This document shows positions 7,108-16,229 of a stretch of DNA of 32,000 nt, piece after piece. Position 1 is the first letter of the stretch. The number at the start of each line of letters is the position of its first letter. The stretch lies in the NCBI GenBank assembly GCA_964577555.1, contig CAZNZM010000006.1, positions 2,979 through 34,978 on the forward strand, in the 5' to 3' direction. The stretch comes from an uncultured archaeon. Its GTDB lineage: Archaea > Iainarchaeota > Iainarchaeia > Iainarchaeales > Iainarchaeaceae. The notes below the pieces were generated by a model that did not search any database, was not told the origin of the DNA, and saw only the letters and a program-made list of their open reading frames with translations. The position numbers and the translations under genes are program-made.

Positions 7108-10100
7108 ATGAATAGAAAAACTGCATTTTCAATTTTATTCGTTTATTTATTTGTTTTTCCATTAATTGGAGAGCCGGTAATTGCAAATTCTTATAATATG
7201 CCTGGAAAGAATGGCTTTGTTGCACAATTTGCTGAGCCTTCAGAAGTCCCTATTGGCCCTGCTTGTTTTTCAAAGGTTCTTTCACCGCAAGAAGCCCAAA
7301 ATGTTATTGATTTGTTGAAATCAGGTTATACTGGAAAGGAAATCAAAGGCAATACTCTTCCAGATGATGACAGGAAGTCTCTTGATAAAGACAAAATTGT
7401 CGTGCAGGATCCTAATAATGAAGAAAAAGCTGTCAAGGTAAGCGTTCCAAATAAAAAATTCAAGCCGGAAGAAGCCTCGCCTTTTTTGAATAATATTCTA
7501 AAAGGCCCTTTCGCGTTAGGTGTTGTTCTTGAAGATTCTTTGAGAGCAGGAGTGTGCAAAGACCCAGATTTGCCTGCTTGTTCTTTAACCAATAAAAATC
7601 TGAAATACAGGAATTCTGGATCAGGAATTATTGCCGATTTAAAACCCATGAAAGAAGCAATAGGCGAAATATATTCAAAATGGTTCAGCGGCGAAAAAGA
7701 CATAAACGGATTAACCAAAGTTGAAAACGAAGCAATTAGGGAAGCCATGAGGGAAGCCACTGATGAAACCCAAGTAAAAAGCGCGAAAAGGCTTGAAACA
7801 ATATTAATACCAAATTCAATACTTTCCGATTGGTTTGAAGCCAAAATGCAAAAAAATTGCATGAATGATGCTTGTGTTATAAGCACTTATTCATTGTTTG
7901 ACAAATATTTCAATTCATGGATGTCAAGCGAAATGGTAGTATCTACTTTTGGGCCTTCTTTGCTATACCAAACAAGGAAACTTTTTAATTGGACAGGAGC
8001 AAGAGGCTACTTTTCAGGAGTAAGGGAAAAATATCAAGAACTACTTGACCAAATAAGAGTGAAACTTATTCAACCAGAACAGCATCTTTATAAGTCACTT
8101 GTAAAAAAAATAAATACAAAACTTGACAAGTATCCAGGTTGGAGAGACTGGTGGTTAAAAACTATTGGCGGTAATCCTGATGGTACTGGGTATTATATTT
8201 TCAAAACTGAAGCATTTCAACATTGGTGGGGGGAAGTATCAAAATCAGGAGGTTTTTTGTCTCACATTAAGACTTTGGAGCAAAAAGCCGAATTTGTAAG
8301 AATGCTCAAAGACATGCGTGCATTAATGAGGGCTGGTTTGGCTGATGTTAAAGCCGCCAGACAAGAATATGCTAAAGCATATGATGCTGCAAGAAAATCA
8401 GGAATCGAGTATCCATTGCAAGATCCTTTTGTAAGAGAGAAATATTTGAATTATGGGCGTAAGATGATAACTTATATGAATGATTATTATGATGAAGGTT
8501 TGGGTGCTGATTATATAGAATGGATTGCAAGGTATAATTACGTTGCTTTATTTGATAAAGGAGTAAGATTTTATGCTCCTGACGGAAGCAGTGAAATAAT
8601 TGATTTGTTCAGAGACCACAGAAACTTAAGACAAATATTGTTGAAACTAAGAAATGATGGTACTTTCAAAGATTTTGAAAAGTATATTGATAAATATTCA
8701 AGTATTTTTGAAACAAGAGGCGATAACCTTGTGCTTTATACTTTTGACCCTAATCAAATCTCCAGTTCTCAAGGTTTGTCTTGGAGCAATATAAAAGCCG
8801 CGGCTCCTTCAGGGACAAGAAAAAGGGTTTTTATACGTGATGATACTGGAAGGGCTATCCCATATAATTCATCTTCTGCAACTTTCATACAAAACAGGCT
8901 TTCAACCAACGCTCAAGTTCTTGAAGGCAATTGGAAAGAGTATGGTGAATTAAGTCCAATTGACATGATTTCAAGGATTGACAACGCGAGAACAGGCACA
9001 AATGCAAATCTTGCATTTGGAGTTTATAACATAGAACAAATGCTCACCTCATTGAAATCCAGAAATTGGGTTTCAAGAAGATATTGGAATGCATTGGATA
9101 AATTGTTTGCCCAGGAAGAAGAGCTTGTAAGAAGCTATTTTACTTTTAAGGGAGGAGCAAGGCTCACGGCATTGCCATTTGCTTATTGGTGGGCAAAAAA
9201 AGGTTTTGGCGAAGAAGGATTAAGCATGTATATGCTGCCTGATACTTGGCACGATTTGAAGTTTTCAATTGGAGAACATCCAATTTATCACTACGCATAT
9301 ATAGACTTTTTTGCAAACGAAGGTTCTGACCAAGGAGACTTGTTTATTCAGGTTTTGAACAAGCTACCTTGGAAACTTGTGCTTGATGAATTATCAGAAA
9401 AATACAATCCTATAAAAAACCTTTATGATGCTTTGACAAAAAACGAGCTTAGAAGCGAAACCGAAAATTTGGCGTTTTATCTGACAGGCGACGATGAATG
9501 CGTTGATTGTACAATGGTTGTGAAAAGCCAAAACATGAATGATTTTAGGCCATTCTTTTTTGCAGGCAACAGAAAAATAGATTCTTACATAATTGAAGAC
9601 ACTGTTACTGAAAAAGCAAGGAACAAAGGGCAAACATTAATAGCTTTTGCAAGCCACACCAATCTTATAGGAAAAAGCGGCGGCAAAGAAGGCGAACCCA
9701 TAGACCTGGTCAAAACCATTGAAGGAAAAACAAAAGAAAAAACCTGCAAAGAAGCTGTTGAAAACCTTGAATTTGCTGGAGTGAAGTTTGGCAGAATATA
9801 CAATGCAATAACCCCTGATTTCAAAAATAAAAGTTCAGGAATAGGATTTATGTTGGGAGGCTTGGAAAGCATAACTTATGGCGCATTTTTTTGGGCAGGA
9901 ATTTTCAGCACTATTGCAATACAAGTTGCCGTGGCACCACAATTAAGCGGTTGTGTAGATGCTGAACAGGGTTATTACGCGCATTACTTTGCTCCTGTTA
10001 AAGAAACCAAAAACAAACAATCCAATTCGGTTGAAAAGTCAACTGAAAAAGTTTCAAAATTAGTAAAAGACTTCAAAGAAAAATTTGTAGACAGTTTCAA

Positions 10101-11631
10101 GAGCGATTCTTCAAACCCTGTTACAGAAGTCGCAGAAAACCTTGGAAATGAACTTGACAATTTAGTAGGCAATGCAAAGGACAATGATTTAGTTCAAGCA
10201 AACCTGAAATTGCAGGGTATGAGTTCAGGTCAATTATTTTCTAGGGAACTTTTTTATGTTTGGTGTGGCGAAGGATGTGAAATAGGAGCCGCAACTTATA
10301 AACAACAAGGCTCTGAAAAAGTTGCAGGAGTTAATGGAAGCGAAGTAGGAATAGACTTTGCAAAAGGCGAAATAAATGAAAACGGAAATAAACCCATAGT
10401 TTCAAGCCCTGACAATGTAAGACTAATCAATACCAACCTCAACATACCTGCAATTGAAATACCTTACACAGTAACTGAGGCTTGCCTCAAAAATACAAAC
10501 AACATAGTTTTTGAAATTAGTGCACAAGGCAATGTAAAGGTGCTTGACAAGGAATTATTGGATTGCCTGCAAAAAGGAGTGCTTGATCAAACAGGATTAA
10601 ATTTTACTTCAGACATTCTTAATGATGTTTTCGGCAACCTTGATGTGATTGTTACTGACACTTATCCAAACATCAAACCTTTTGACGATAGAATAATAGC
10701 AGAAGGAGTGCCAAGAAAAGTTGTTGAAGGAAAAAACACAAAAATTACGATATCTGCTAATAAAGATGTTAATCTGAATACTATTTCTGGAAGCCCCATT
10801 TTTGTAGGAAAACTCCAAAGTTTGCATTTTGCCAACGGTTCAATTGTTGTAAAACCCAATGGATGTTTCCTTACATGGTTAAAGCACCATGAAAATGCAA
10901 TACTTAACAAGGATGATGTTACAGGGCTTTCCACAAAACTTAAAAGGGAAATGAACGAAGAAACAGGCTGTGAAGATCCAGTAATAGATTTCAAAGTTCT
11001 TGCAGACCCAAATTCAGATTTAAAAATTGCAAAAGTTGACAGCTTTAATAAAGCCTTGGAAAAAGTCGGACCTTTCACTGTTTTTGAAACGCCAACAAAG
11101 AGATACATTATTTCCGCAGAAAAAGGACCTGATGGAAAATGCAGAGATCATTTGCGCGTTATAGATAAAGAAACAGGAAAAGTAACAGATTATGTAGGCG
11201 AAATAGCACAAACACCAAACGGGCTCACCATAAAAACCGATGACGGCCAAACCCACACAATAGAATTCGGAGAAAAAGACGGAGCCCCGACAATTTCGTT
11301 TGATAAAGGAAAACCAGAAAATCTTATTTCCGCACAAGGAAAAAACGGCTCTTTCTATTACGACCCAGAAAAAGGATTATGGTTCGCCGAAAACGCCCAA
11401 TTATTGCCTTTGATTGAAGCATTCCGCGAAGGAATAGCAGCCAAAGTAGCGCCAAACGGCGAAGTCACGGCTACTGCACAAGGCAACGTGCTAAACGTTG
11501 ATTTAGGCAAAAAAGACCAACAACTTTTGGATTTGCCATCGCTTCCAGAAGCAAAATACTTGATACTAATAATATTCTTGGCTCTAATCGCAACATTTTA
11601 TGTTTCTTCCACAAAAAACAAAAAACCCTGA
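7108..11631 (+). CDS. Giant orphan secreted / surface-anchored protein (1507 aa)
   Basis: Uninterrupted 4.5-kb ORF. The N-terminal signal-like segment is MNRKTAFSILFVYLFVFPLIGEPVIANS. The C-terminus is LPSLPEAKYLILIIFLALIATFYVSSTKNKKP (TM helix plus basic tail). I recognise no domain or internal repeat. Confidence 0.85.
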   Translation: MNRKTAFSILFVYLFVFPLIGEPVIANSYNMPGKNGFVAQFAEPSEVPIGPACFSKVLSPQEAQNVIDLLKSGYTGKEIKGNTLPDDDRKSLDKDKIVVQDPNNEEKAVKVSVPNKKFKPEEASPFLNNILKGPFALGVVLEDSLRAGVCKDPDLPACSLTNKNLKYRNSGSGIIADLKPMKEAIGEIYSKWFSGEKDINGLTKVENEAIREAMREATDETQVKSAKRLETILIPNSILSDWFEAKMQKNCMNDACVISTYSLFDKYFNSWMSSEMVVSTFGPSLLYQTRKLFNWTGARGYFSGVREKYQELLDQIRVKLIQPEQHLYKSLVKKINTKLDKYPGWRDWWLKTIGGNPDGTGYYIFKTEAFQHWWGEVSKSGGFLSHIKTLEQKAEFVRMLKDMRALMRAGLADVKAARQEYAKAYDAARKSGIEYPLQDPFVREKYLNYGRKMITYMNDYYDEGLGADYIEWIARYNYVALFDKGVRFYAPDGSSEIIDLFRDHRNLRQILLKLRNDGTFKDFEKYIDKYSSIFETRGDNLVLYTFDPNQISSSQGLSWSNIKAAAPSGTRKRVFIRDDTGRAIPYNSSSATFIQNRLSTNAQVLEGNWKEYGELSPIDMISRIDNARTGTNANLAFGVYNIEQMLTSLKSRNWVSRRYWNALDKLFAQEEELVRSYFTFKGGARLTALPFAYWWAKKGFGEEGLSMYMLPDTWHDLKFSIGEHPIYHYAYIDFFANEGSDQGDLFIQVLNKLPWKLVLDELSEKYNPIKNLYDALTKNELRSETENLAFYLTGDDECVDCTMVVKSQNMNDFRPFFFAGNRKIDSYIIEDTVTEKARNKGQTLIAFASHTNLIGKSGGKEGEPIDLVKTIEGKTKEKTCKEAVENLEFAGVKFGRIYNAITPDFKNKSSGIGFMLGGLESITYGAFFWAGIFSTIAIQVAVAPQLSGCVDAEQGYYAHYFAPVKETKNKQSNSVEKSTEKVSKLVKDFKEKFVDSFKSDSSNPVTEVAENLGNELDNLVGNAKDNDLVQANLKLQGMSSGQLFSRELFYVWCGEGCEIGAATYKQQGSEKVAGVNGSEVGIDFAKGEINENGNKPIVSSPDNVRLINTNLNIPAIEIPYTVTEACLKNTNNIVFEISAQGNVKVLDKELLDCLQKGVLDQTGLNFTSDILNDVFGNLDVIVTDTYPNIKPFDDRIIAEGVPRKVVEGKNTKITISANKDVNLNTISGSPIFVGKLQSLHFANGSIVVKPNGCFLTWLKHHENAILNKDDVTGLSTKLKREMNEETGCEDPVIDFKVLADPNSDLKIAKVDSFNKALEKVGPFTVFETPTKRYIISAEKGPDGKCRDHLRVIDKETGKVTDYVGEIAQTPNGLTIKTDDGQTHTIEFGEKDGAPTISFDKGKPENLISAQGKNGSFYYDPEKGLWFAENAQLLPLIEAFREGIAAKVAPNGEVTATAQGNVLNVDLGKKDQQLLDLPSLPEAKYLILIIFLALIATFYVSSTKNKKP

Positions 11632-11765
11632 ATAAATTAAAAAACAAACTATTGTTATAAGACTTTAATTAAAAAAATTTACCTTAATTGCCTAAAAGTT
11701 ACTTCCAGAAAGCTTTAGAGTTGTTAATAATTGTTTATTAAAAAGTATTTCATTAATAATTAATT

Positions 11766-12470
11766 ATGCATTCTGGAGGTCATGGAAAAAAGCTTCCAAC
11801 TAGTGCTCCCAAAATTTTTTTCGAAGAAATTGGCCACGAGGTTGGGCATTTTGTTAAGGGTAGTTTGAATCTGTTTGGAAAATTATTTAATCCATTTGGG
11901 GTAGTTGTTTCAACTTTAAATGCAATAAAGGCAGCGAGATGCAACCAAGAAATAAACAACTATTTTGAAAGAATTGAAAGAAAAAGTGGATCTAGCATAT
12001 CAGTTAAAAAAGCTACAGGAATATTTTCTCACCCTCAATTTAAGGAAATGCTTACCCCATCAACTAATACCCATTTAGAGATTGAAAGATCTCATCAATA
12101 CTTGTTAATATTGCAAAGTATAATAGAAAAAAAACCGCAATTTGCACAAAAAATTGAAGAAATTATTCCAAAACAACAAAGAGAAGCAGTATTAGGGTTT
12201 TATACCGATAGAAGAAATTTAATGGATAAAAAGAGAGAACTTGATAATTTTGAATATCAGCTTTGGCAAAAAACAAGAGCTCATAAAGAAATTAGCCATG
12301 AAGAAGAACACCATTTTTCAAGACTTGTTACAGAATTTTATGAACTTCAAAAAAAATTTCTTAGCCATTTTTCTTACCCGCAAGATTCTTTAATTGTTTC
12401 AGGCTTTGGTGCATTGCAAACAAGAAAAAATCAGCTTGATAAAATAATCCAAGAAAGTTCAAAGCACTAA
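11766..12470 (+). CDS. Hypothetical soluble, helical, His-rich protein
   Basis: 234-aa ORF with ordinary coding composition, no signal peptide, and no motif I recognise. Confidence 0.55.
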   Translation: MHSGGHGKKLPTSAPKIFFEEIGHEVGHFVKGSLNLFGKLFNPFGVVVSTLNAIKAARCNQEINNYFERIERKSGSSISVKKATGIFSHPQFKEMLTPSTNTHLEIERSHQYLLILQSIIEKKPQFAQKIEEIIPKQQREAVLGFYTDRRNLMDKKRELDNFEYQLWQKTRAHKEISHEEEHHFSRLVTEFYELQKKFLSHFSYPQDSLIVSGFGALQTRKNQLDKIIQESSKH

Positions 12471-12606
12471 CACTTAGAATTTTTTTGTGTTGAATAATTA
12501 TTTTAAGAATAAAATTTTGTATTTTGTAAAAAGAATTTCTAAAATAGTTTTTTTGTTTGTTTATTATTTTGTTAAAAAATTTGATTAATCAGCCAATTGC
12601 CAATAA

Positions 12607-13488
12607 TTATATTGGGCCTAATTCTTCCACATCTTCTATGCAACTTTGCGCTTCTTTTCCAGCTTTGTAGCACAATTGTTTGTTTCCAGTGTTGTAGGCT
12701 ATCCATGCTATACAATTGTCTCTTGTTTCAACCAGATTTTCACAAATTTCAGGATTATTTGTTGTCAACGCGATTTCGAAAAAACAATTTTCTTTTATTT
12801 GTGGAATTCTTACTTTATTACACAATGAAGGTGAATTTGTGTCGGTTGCAACAGAATAATAACAATAATTGTCTAAGGTCATTATATTTTGGCACAATTC
12901 AGAATTATTGTCAAATATTGCTTGTACACAAAGCCTTCTGTCATCGCCTTCAGCACAATTATTGGGGTTTTTCGTTTTATATGCTTCATAACATTGCCTT
13001 ACTTCATAATCCCCCCAACTGCAAAGACTTGCATCGCCGCTATTTATTGCTACATCAATATAGCATTGTGAAACTCCAAATTTTACGTTTTCACAATACG
13101 ATTTTTCCCCTGTTAATTGGGCTATACGCATAAAACAATCACTTCTGTCAGTAATGTCATTTATACTGGAACACCCGGCAGGGTCTCCACTTATTGCAGC
13201 ATATGTCAAATAACAATTGTCCCTTGTTTCAATTGACTTTGCAAGGCAATCCGAGAGTTTTATGGGAATAAAATAATTGAAGTCTTTTGGTTTTTCGTTT
13301 CTGATTTGGGCTAAAGGCGCTTCATCCATTAAATATTCTTCCAAAGGATATTCGTCCCCGTTAACTTTTACGGTTTTTTCATAAGAAGGAATAGGATTTA
13401 CTTTTGGCTGGTTTATAAAAAAAATTATTCCCAAAACCAAAACAAGAATTATTGGCACCGCCAGGAAAATCATCAATTGTTTATTCAT
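12607..13488 (-). CDS. Secreted or membrane-anchored Cys-rich repeat protein
   Basis: N-terminal anchor MNKQLMIFLAVPIILVLVLGIIFF, followed by about 8 tandem units of roughly 24 aa, each with two Cys (e.g. DNCYLTYAAISGDPAGC, SDCFMRIAQLTGEKSYC, ENCFFEIALTTNNPEIC, DNCIAWIAYNTGNKQLC). Confidence 0.8.
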   Translation of the reverse strand: MNKQLMIFLAVPIILVLVLGIIFFINQPKVNPIPSYEKTVKVNGDEYPLEEYLMDEAPLAQIRNEKPKDFNYFIPIKLSDCLAKSIETRDNCYLTYAAISGDPAGCSSINDITDRSDCFMRIAQLTGEKSYCENVKFGVSQCYIDVAINSGDASLCSWGDYEVRQCYEAYKTKNPNNCAEGDDRRLCVQAIFDNNSELCQNIMTLDNYCYYSVATDTNSPSLCNKVRIPQIKENCFFEIALTTNNPEICENLVETRDNCIAWIAYNTGNKQLCYKAGKEAQSCIEDVEELGPI

Positions 13489-13710
13489 GCTATAAAATTG
13501 GATTTTTCGTTTAATAAACTTATTTATTTCAATAAAAATTTCTGTCTAATTTATTATGACTCTTTCTTTTAGAATTGGATTTTAAATCATGTTTGATTGA
13601 CTGATTTGTCAAATAACAGCTCCAAAATTGTTTTTTTTCAGTTGCAAATAAAATAATCTTTTTTAATGTCCTGTTTTTTTTTGCTTTGAATGAAACGCAA
13701 AATATGATTT

Positions 13711-14454
13711 TTATGTTATAACCGGCGCTTTGTTTTCAAACTTTTCAGCGTTGTCCTTTGTTTGCTGCAATCTTTGTAATTGCTCTAAAAACTGCTTCTC
13801 AACTTCGCGCGCTTCATCAATCAAAGGTTGCACATCCAATTCCAAACCAAGTATTTCATTAAGCTTTTTCAAAACTTCCGCCGCAGCCTTGTAATCCGCA
13901 GAAAGATTTACATTTGCAAGTATTGAAATTGCTTTTATGTTATATTTTCTCAATTCAAGCAGTATAAGTGCGGTTATTCCTGTTGTTACACCTTCGCTTA
14001 TTTCATTTAACCCATATTTTTTAAGCAGTGGTTTTGAAAGTTCGTTTGCTGCAATTCCATATATGATATGGCTTTTCGGAGTGTCGCCATGGGCGTTGAC
14101 CCCTGACAAAGAAATAAGTTCCACTATTCCTTTTTCTTTTATCCAATCAGCTGTTTTTTTTGCCATTACATAAGTGCCTTCTTTTGGCAACACTTGCTCA
14201 GAAATCAATACTGCTATTTTCTTTTTTTTATCCGCATAAATTCTGGCTGGTCTTACAGGCATGCTGTCCTGTACCCTTATAATAGGAGAAAATAAATTTG
14301 AATCAATATATCCAACTTCCTCAAATTTTTTCTTTTCCACGAGGTACTTTGCGGCGATAGTTCCAACTAAACCCATTCCTGGAAAACCTTCAATCAAAAC
14401 ATAATCTTTAAAATTATTCTTTTTGTACTCTACAAAGTTTGCTTCAATCTTCAT
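13711..14454 (-). CDS. PAC2-family proteasome assembly chaperone-like protein
   Basis: The N-terminal motif YVLIEGFPGMGLVGTIAAKYLVE and the overall ~245-aa layout are typical of archaeal PAC2/COG1938 proteins. Confidence 0.7.
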   Translation of the reverse strand: MKIEANFVEYKKNNFKDYVLIEGFPGMGLVGTIAAKYLVEKKKFEEVGYIDSNLFSPIIRVQDSMPVRPARIYADKKKKIAVLISEQVLPKEGTYVMAKKTADWIKEKGIVELISLSGVNAHGDTPKSHIIYGIAANELSKPLLKKYGLNEISEGVTTGITALILLELRKYNIKAISILANVNLSADYKAAAEVLKKLNEILGLELDVQPLIDEAREVEKQFLEQLQRLQQTKDNAEKFENKAPVIT

Positions 14455-14582
14455 AAAAAATCTTTTTTACATTTAGGTGGTTAAAACTTATATACTTTTC
14501 CACGATGTTTTTGCTTTTGCCGAAATTTTTTTTGAGCGAAAATAATTTATATTTGTTAAACCCATTATTCAGTCCGATAAAT

Positions 14583-15242
14583 ATGGTTGATATAACTACG
14601 GCATTACAACAAACAGTATTAGATCCAATAGTCCAGTCTGTGAATTCGTTTATTTTGGCGATTCCCAGTCTGCTTGCGGCCATACTCATAATTATTTTAG
14701 GGTATTTGGTCGGAAAAATAATCGGCAAATTTGTTCAACAAGTTCTTGAAACAGCCAAGTTGGACGAGATGGTTGAAAAATTTTCAAAATCCCATCCTCT
14801 TGGCAAAGTAACCATTGCAGAACTTTGCGGCAAATTGGTTATGTGGTACATAGTCATAGCTTTTGTCGCAAATGCAGCTGAGGTAGTTCAGCTTGGTGTT
14901 ATTGCAAGGCTTCTTTTGGAGTTCTCTTTATGGGCTCCGCATCTCATAGCTGCAATAATAATAATGGCAATAGGTTTGTTCGTTTCAGAACTTGCAAAAA
15001 AAGAAGTGAGTTCTTTCAAAGCTGAAAGCTCTAAACTCCTTGGCTTAGGAGCAAAATATTTTGTAATAATTTATTTTGCTGTTTTAGCTCTTGGAGAATT
15101 GGGGCTTAATGTGACTTTTGCCCAAAACACAATTCTTGTTGTTATTGCAGGCGTAATGCTTACGTTTGCAATCGGGTTTGGCTTGGCTTTGAAAGATCAC
15201 GCTGAAGAAATATTTGCCGAAATAAAAAAAGCAATGAAATGA
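14583..15242 (+). CDS. Membrane protein with conserved TM-helix repeats (MscS-N-terminal-like)
   Basis: Internal ATG of ORF 14505..15242. The sequence MVDITTALQQTVLDPIVQSVNSFILAIPSLLAAILIIILGYLVGKIIGKFV resembles the 'conserved TM helix' repeat family, and the pattern occurs again later in the protein. Confidence 0.6.
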   Translation: MVDITTALQQTVLDPIVQSVNSFILAIPSLLAAILIIILGYLVGKIIGKFVQQVLETAKLDEMVEKFSKSHPLGKVTIAELCGKLVMWYIVIAFVANAAEVVQLGVIARLLLEFSLWAPHLIAAIIIMAIGLFVSELAKKEVSSFKAESSKLLGLGAKYFVIIYFAVLALGELGLNVTFAQNTILVVIAGVMLTFAIGFGLALKDHAEEIFAEIKKAMK

Positions 15243-15267
15243 AAACCTTTAACATGGTTTTAATTTT

Positions 15268-15283
15268 AAGGGGGGCACCCCTT
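15268..15283 (+). terminator. GC-rich hairpin AAGGGG-GGCA-CCCCTT followed by T tracts
   Basis: Perfect 6-bp stem with a 4-nt loop, 26 nt after the stop at 15242. ACTTTTTCTTTTTTTTT follows immediately. It is the only G/C-rich island in this spacer. Confidence 0.5.
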
Positions 15284-15403
15284 ACTTTTTCTTTTTTTTT
15301 GTCTTTTGCTCTTTTTTTATTTCTTTTGTTCCATATAGCTTTTTTTTGAGCCAATTTTTTTTTAATAGTTTTTTAATTTGAATTAAATTTGTTTTTTGAT
15401 TTT
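15284..15403 (+). repeat. T-tract array locus D (short), between convergent genes
   Basis: It contains GC-T8-GAGCCAA-T9-AATAG-T6, reusing the GAGCCA and AATAG words of locus A in the same orientation. Confidence 0.75.
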
Positions 15404-16228
15404 TTAGAACCCTTTTATAAAAAAATAAACAATAAAACCTGCTATTAAAAGAATAATCGCATATAAAAATGATTTTTTTGGCCTGCTCTCCTGAAAGCCT
15501 AAAAAAATTGAAGATATAATGGCAAACTCCGCTATGTAAATAATGCTTCCAATTTCTGCAGCATTCAGAAGTTCTTTTCTTGTAACTTCGTTTGCTCCTA
15601 TTCCCAATTCATTTATTCCTGAAAAATCCATTTTGAAAACCATGCTTGTAACCATTGCAAACACAAACGGAACTATTATGCATGATGCTATTATTGTGTA
15701 TTTTTGTAGCGACATTGCAGCCATTCTTTCCCTTGTTATTGAATTTGTTTCAATGAAATCCTCGGCTGTTTCCCTGAATGCTTTGCTCATATCCGCGCCA
15801 GATTTTATTGAATTTATTATCATTCCAATAGACCTTGAAAGCCCTTTTGAAGAATTTCTTTCAGAAATTTTTTCTAGTGCTTCTTCAGGCGGCATTCCTA
15901 ATTCAATTCTGTTTTTCGCCAGATTGAATTCTTTTTTTAATGGGCCATTAGAGTTGTTTGATATAAAATCAACTAGTTTGTCTATTCTTGCATTGTCAGG
16001 AATTGAAGATGCAAGAAGCAACATGTCTGGAATTTCATCTTCTATTTGTCTTTGTCTTTCTTCCTCAGCCAATTGAAACTTCAGATGCTTTAATGCCAAT
16101 GGAATAAATAATGCAATTATTGAAAGCATGATTATTTTTTCGCTTTTAAATATTTCAATCCCGATAATTAAGAATGCTATTGAAAATAAAACACCAGAAA
16201 TAATTTCGTCCTTGCTTGTTTTGAACAT
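15404..16228 (-). CDS. Type II/IV secretion system F-domain platform protein (TadC/FlaJ-like half)
   Basis: 274 aa. N-terminal TM helices precede a cytoplasmic helical domain (IPDMLLLASSIPDNARIDKL...GMPPEEALEKISERNSS...IKSGADMSKAFRETAEDF), followed by C-terminal TM helices. This is a single T2SSF-type domain. Confidence 0.75.
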   Translation of the reverse strand: MFKTSKDEIISGVLFSIAFLIIGIEIFKSEKIIMLSIIALFIPLALKHLKFQLAEEERQRQIEDEIPDMLLLASSIPDNARIDKLVDFISNNSNGPLKKEFNLAKNRIELGMPPEEALEKISERNSSKGLSRSIGMIINSIKSGADMSKAFRETAEDFIETNSITRERMAAMSLQKYTIIASCIIVPFVFAMVTSMVFKMDFSGINELGIGANEVTRKELLNAAEIGSIIYIAEFAIISSIFLGFQESRPKKSFLYAIILLIAGFIVYFFIKGF

Positions 16229-16229
16229 T

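Noticed and set aside
7326-11337. Minus-strand ORFs nested in the giant gene (7326..7886, 9394..9633, 9585..9872, 9984..10184, 10609..10827, 10662..11108, 11020..11337)
   Set aside because: All are antisense to one uninterrupted 4.5-kb ORF with a signal peptide and anchor. They are short, with no motifs.
12471-12606. A possible seventh mini-array (AAATAG-T7-GTTTGTTTATTATTTTG) in the convergent spacer
   Set aside because: It has only one T7 run and one AATAG-like word, which is indistinguishable from ordinary AT-rich spacer.
12597-13133. 178-aa plus-strand ORF, with 12646..12828 and 12889..13071
   Set aside because: They are antisense to the Cys-repeat protein gene, which has a clear signal anchor and a periodic repeat structure. 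The plus-strand translations are Leu/Phe/Cys-rich nonsense.
14505-14582. Upstream extension of the TM-helix-repeat gene (ORF-track start 14505), and minus-strand ORF 14444..14728
   Set aside because: The first 26 codons (MFLLLPKFFLSENNLYLLNPLFSPIN) run through the A/T-rich promoter-like spacer. The ATG at 14583 begins the conserved MVDITTALQQ… N-terminus. The minus-strand ORF overlaps both neighbours.
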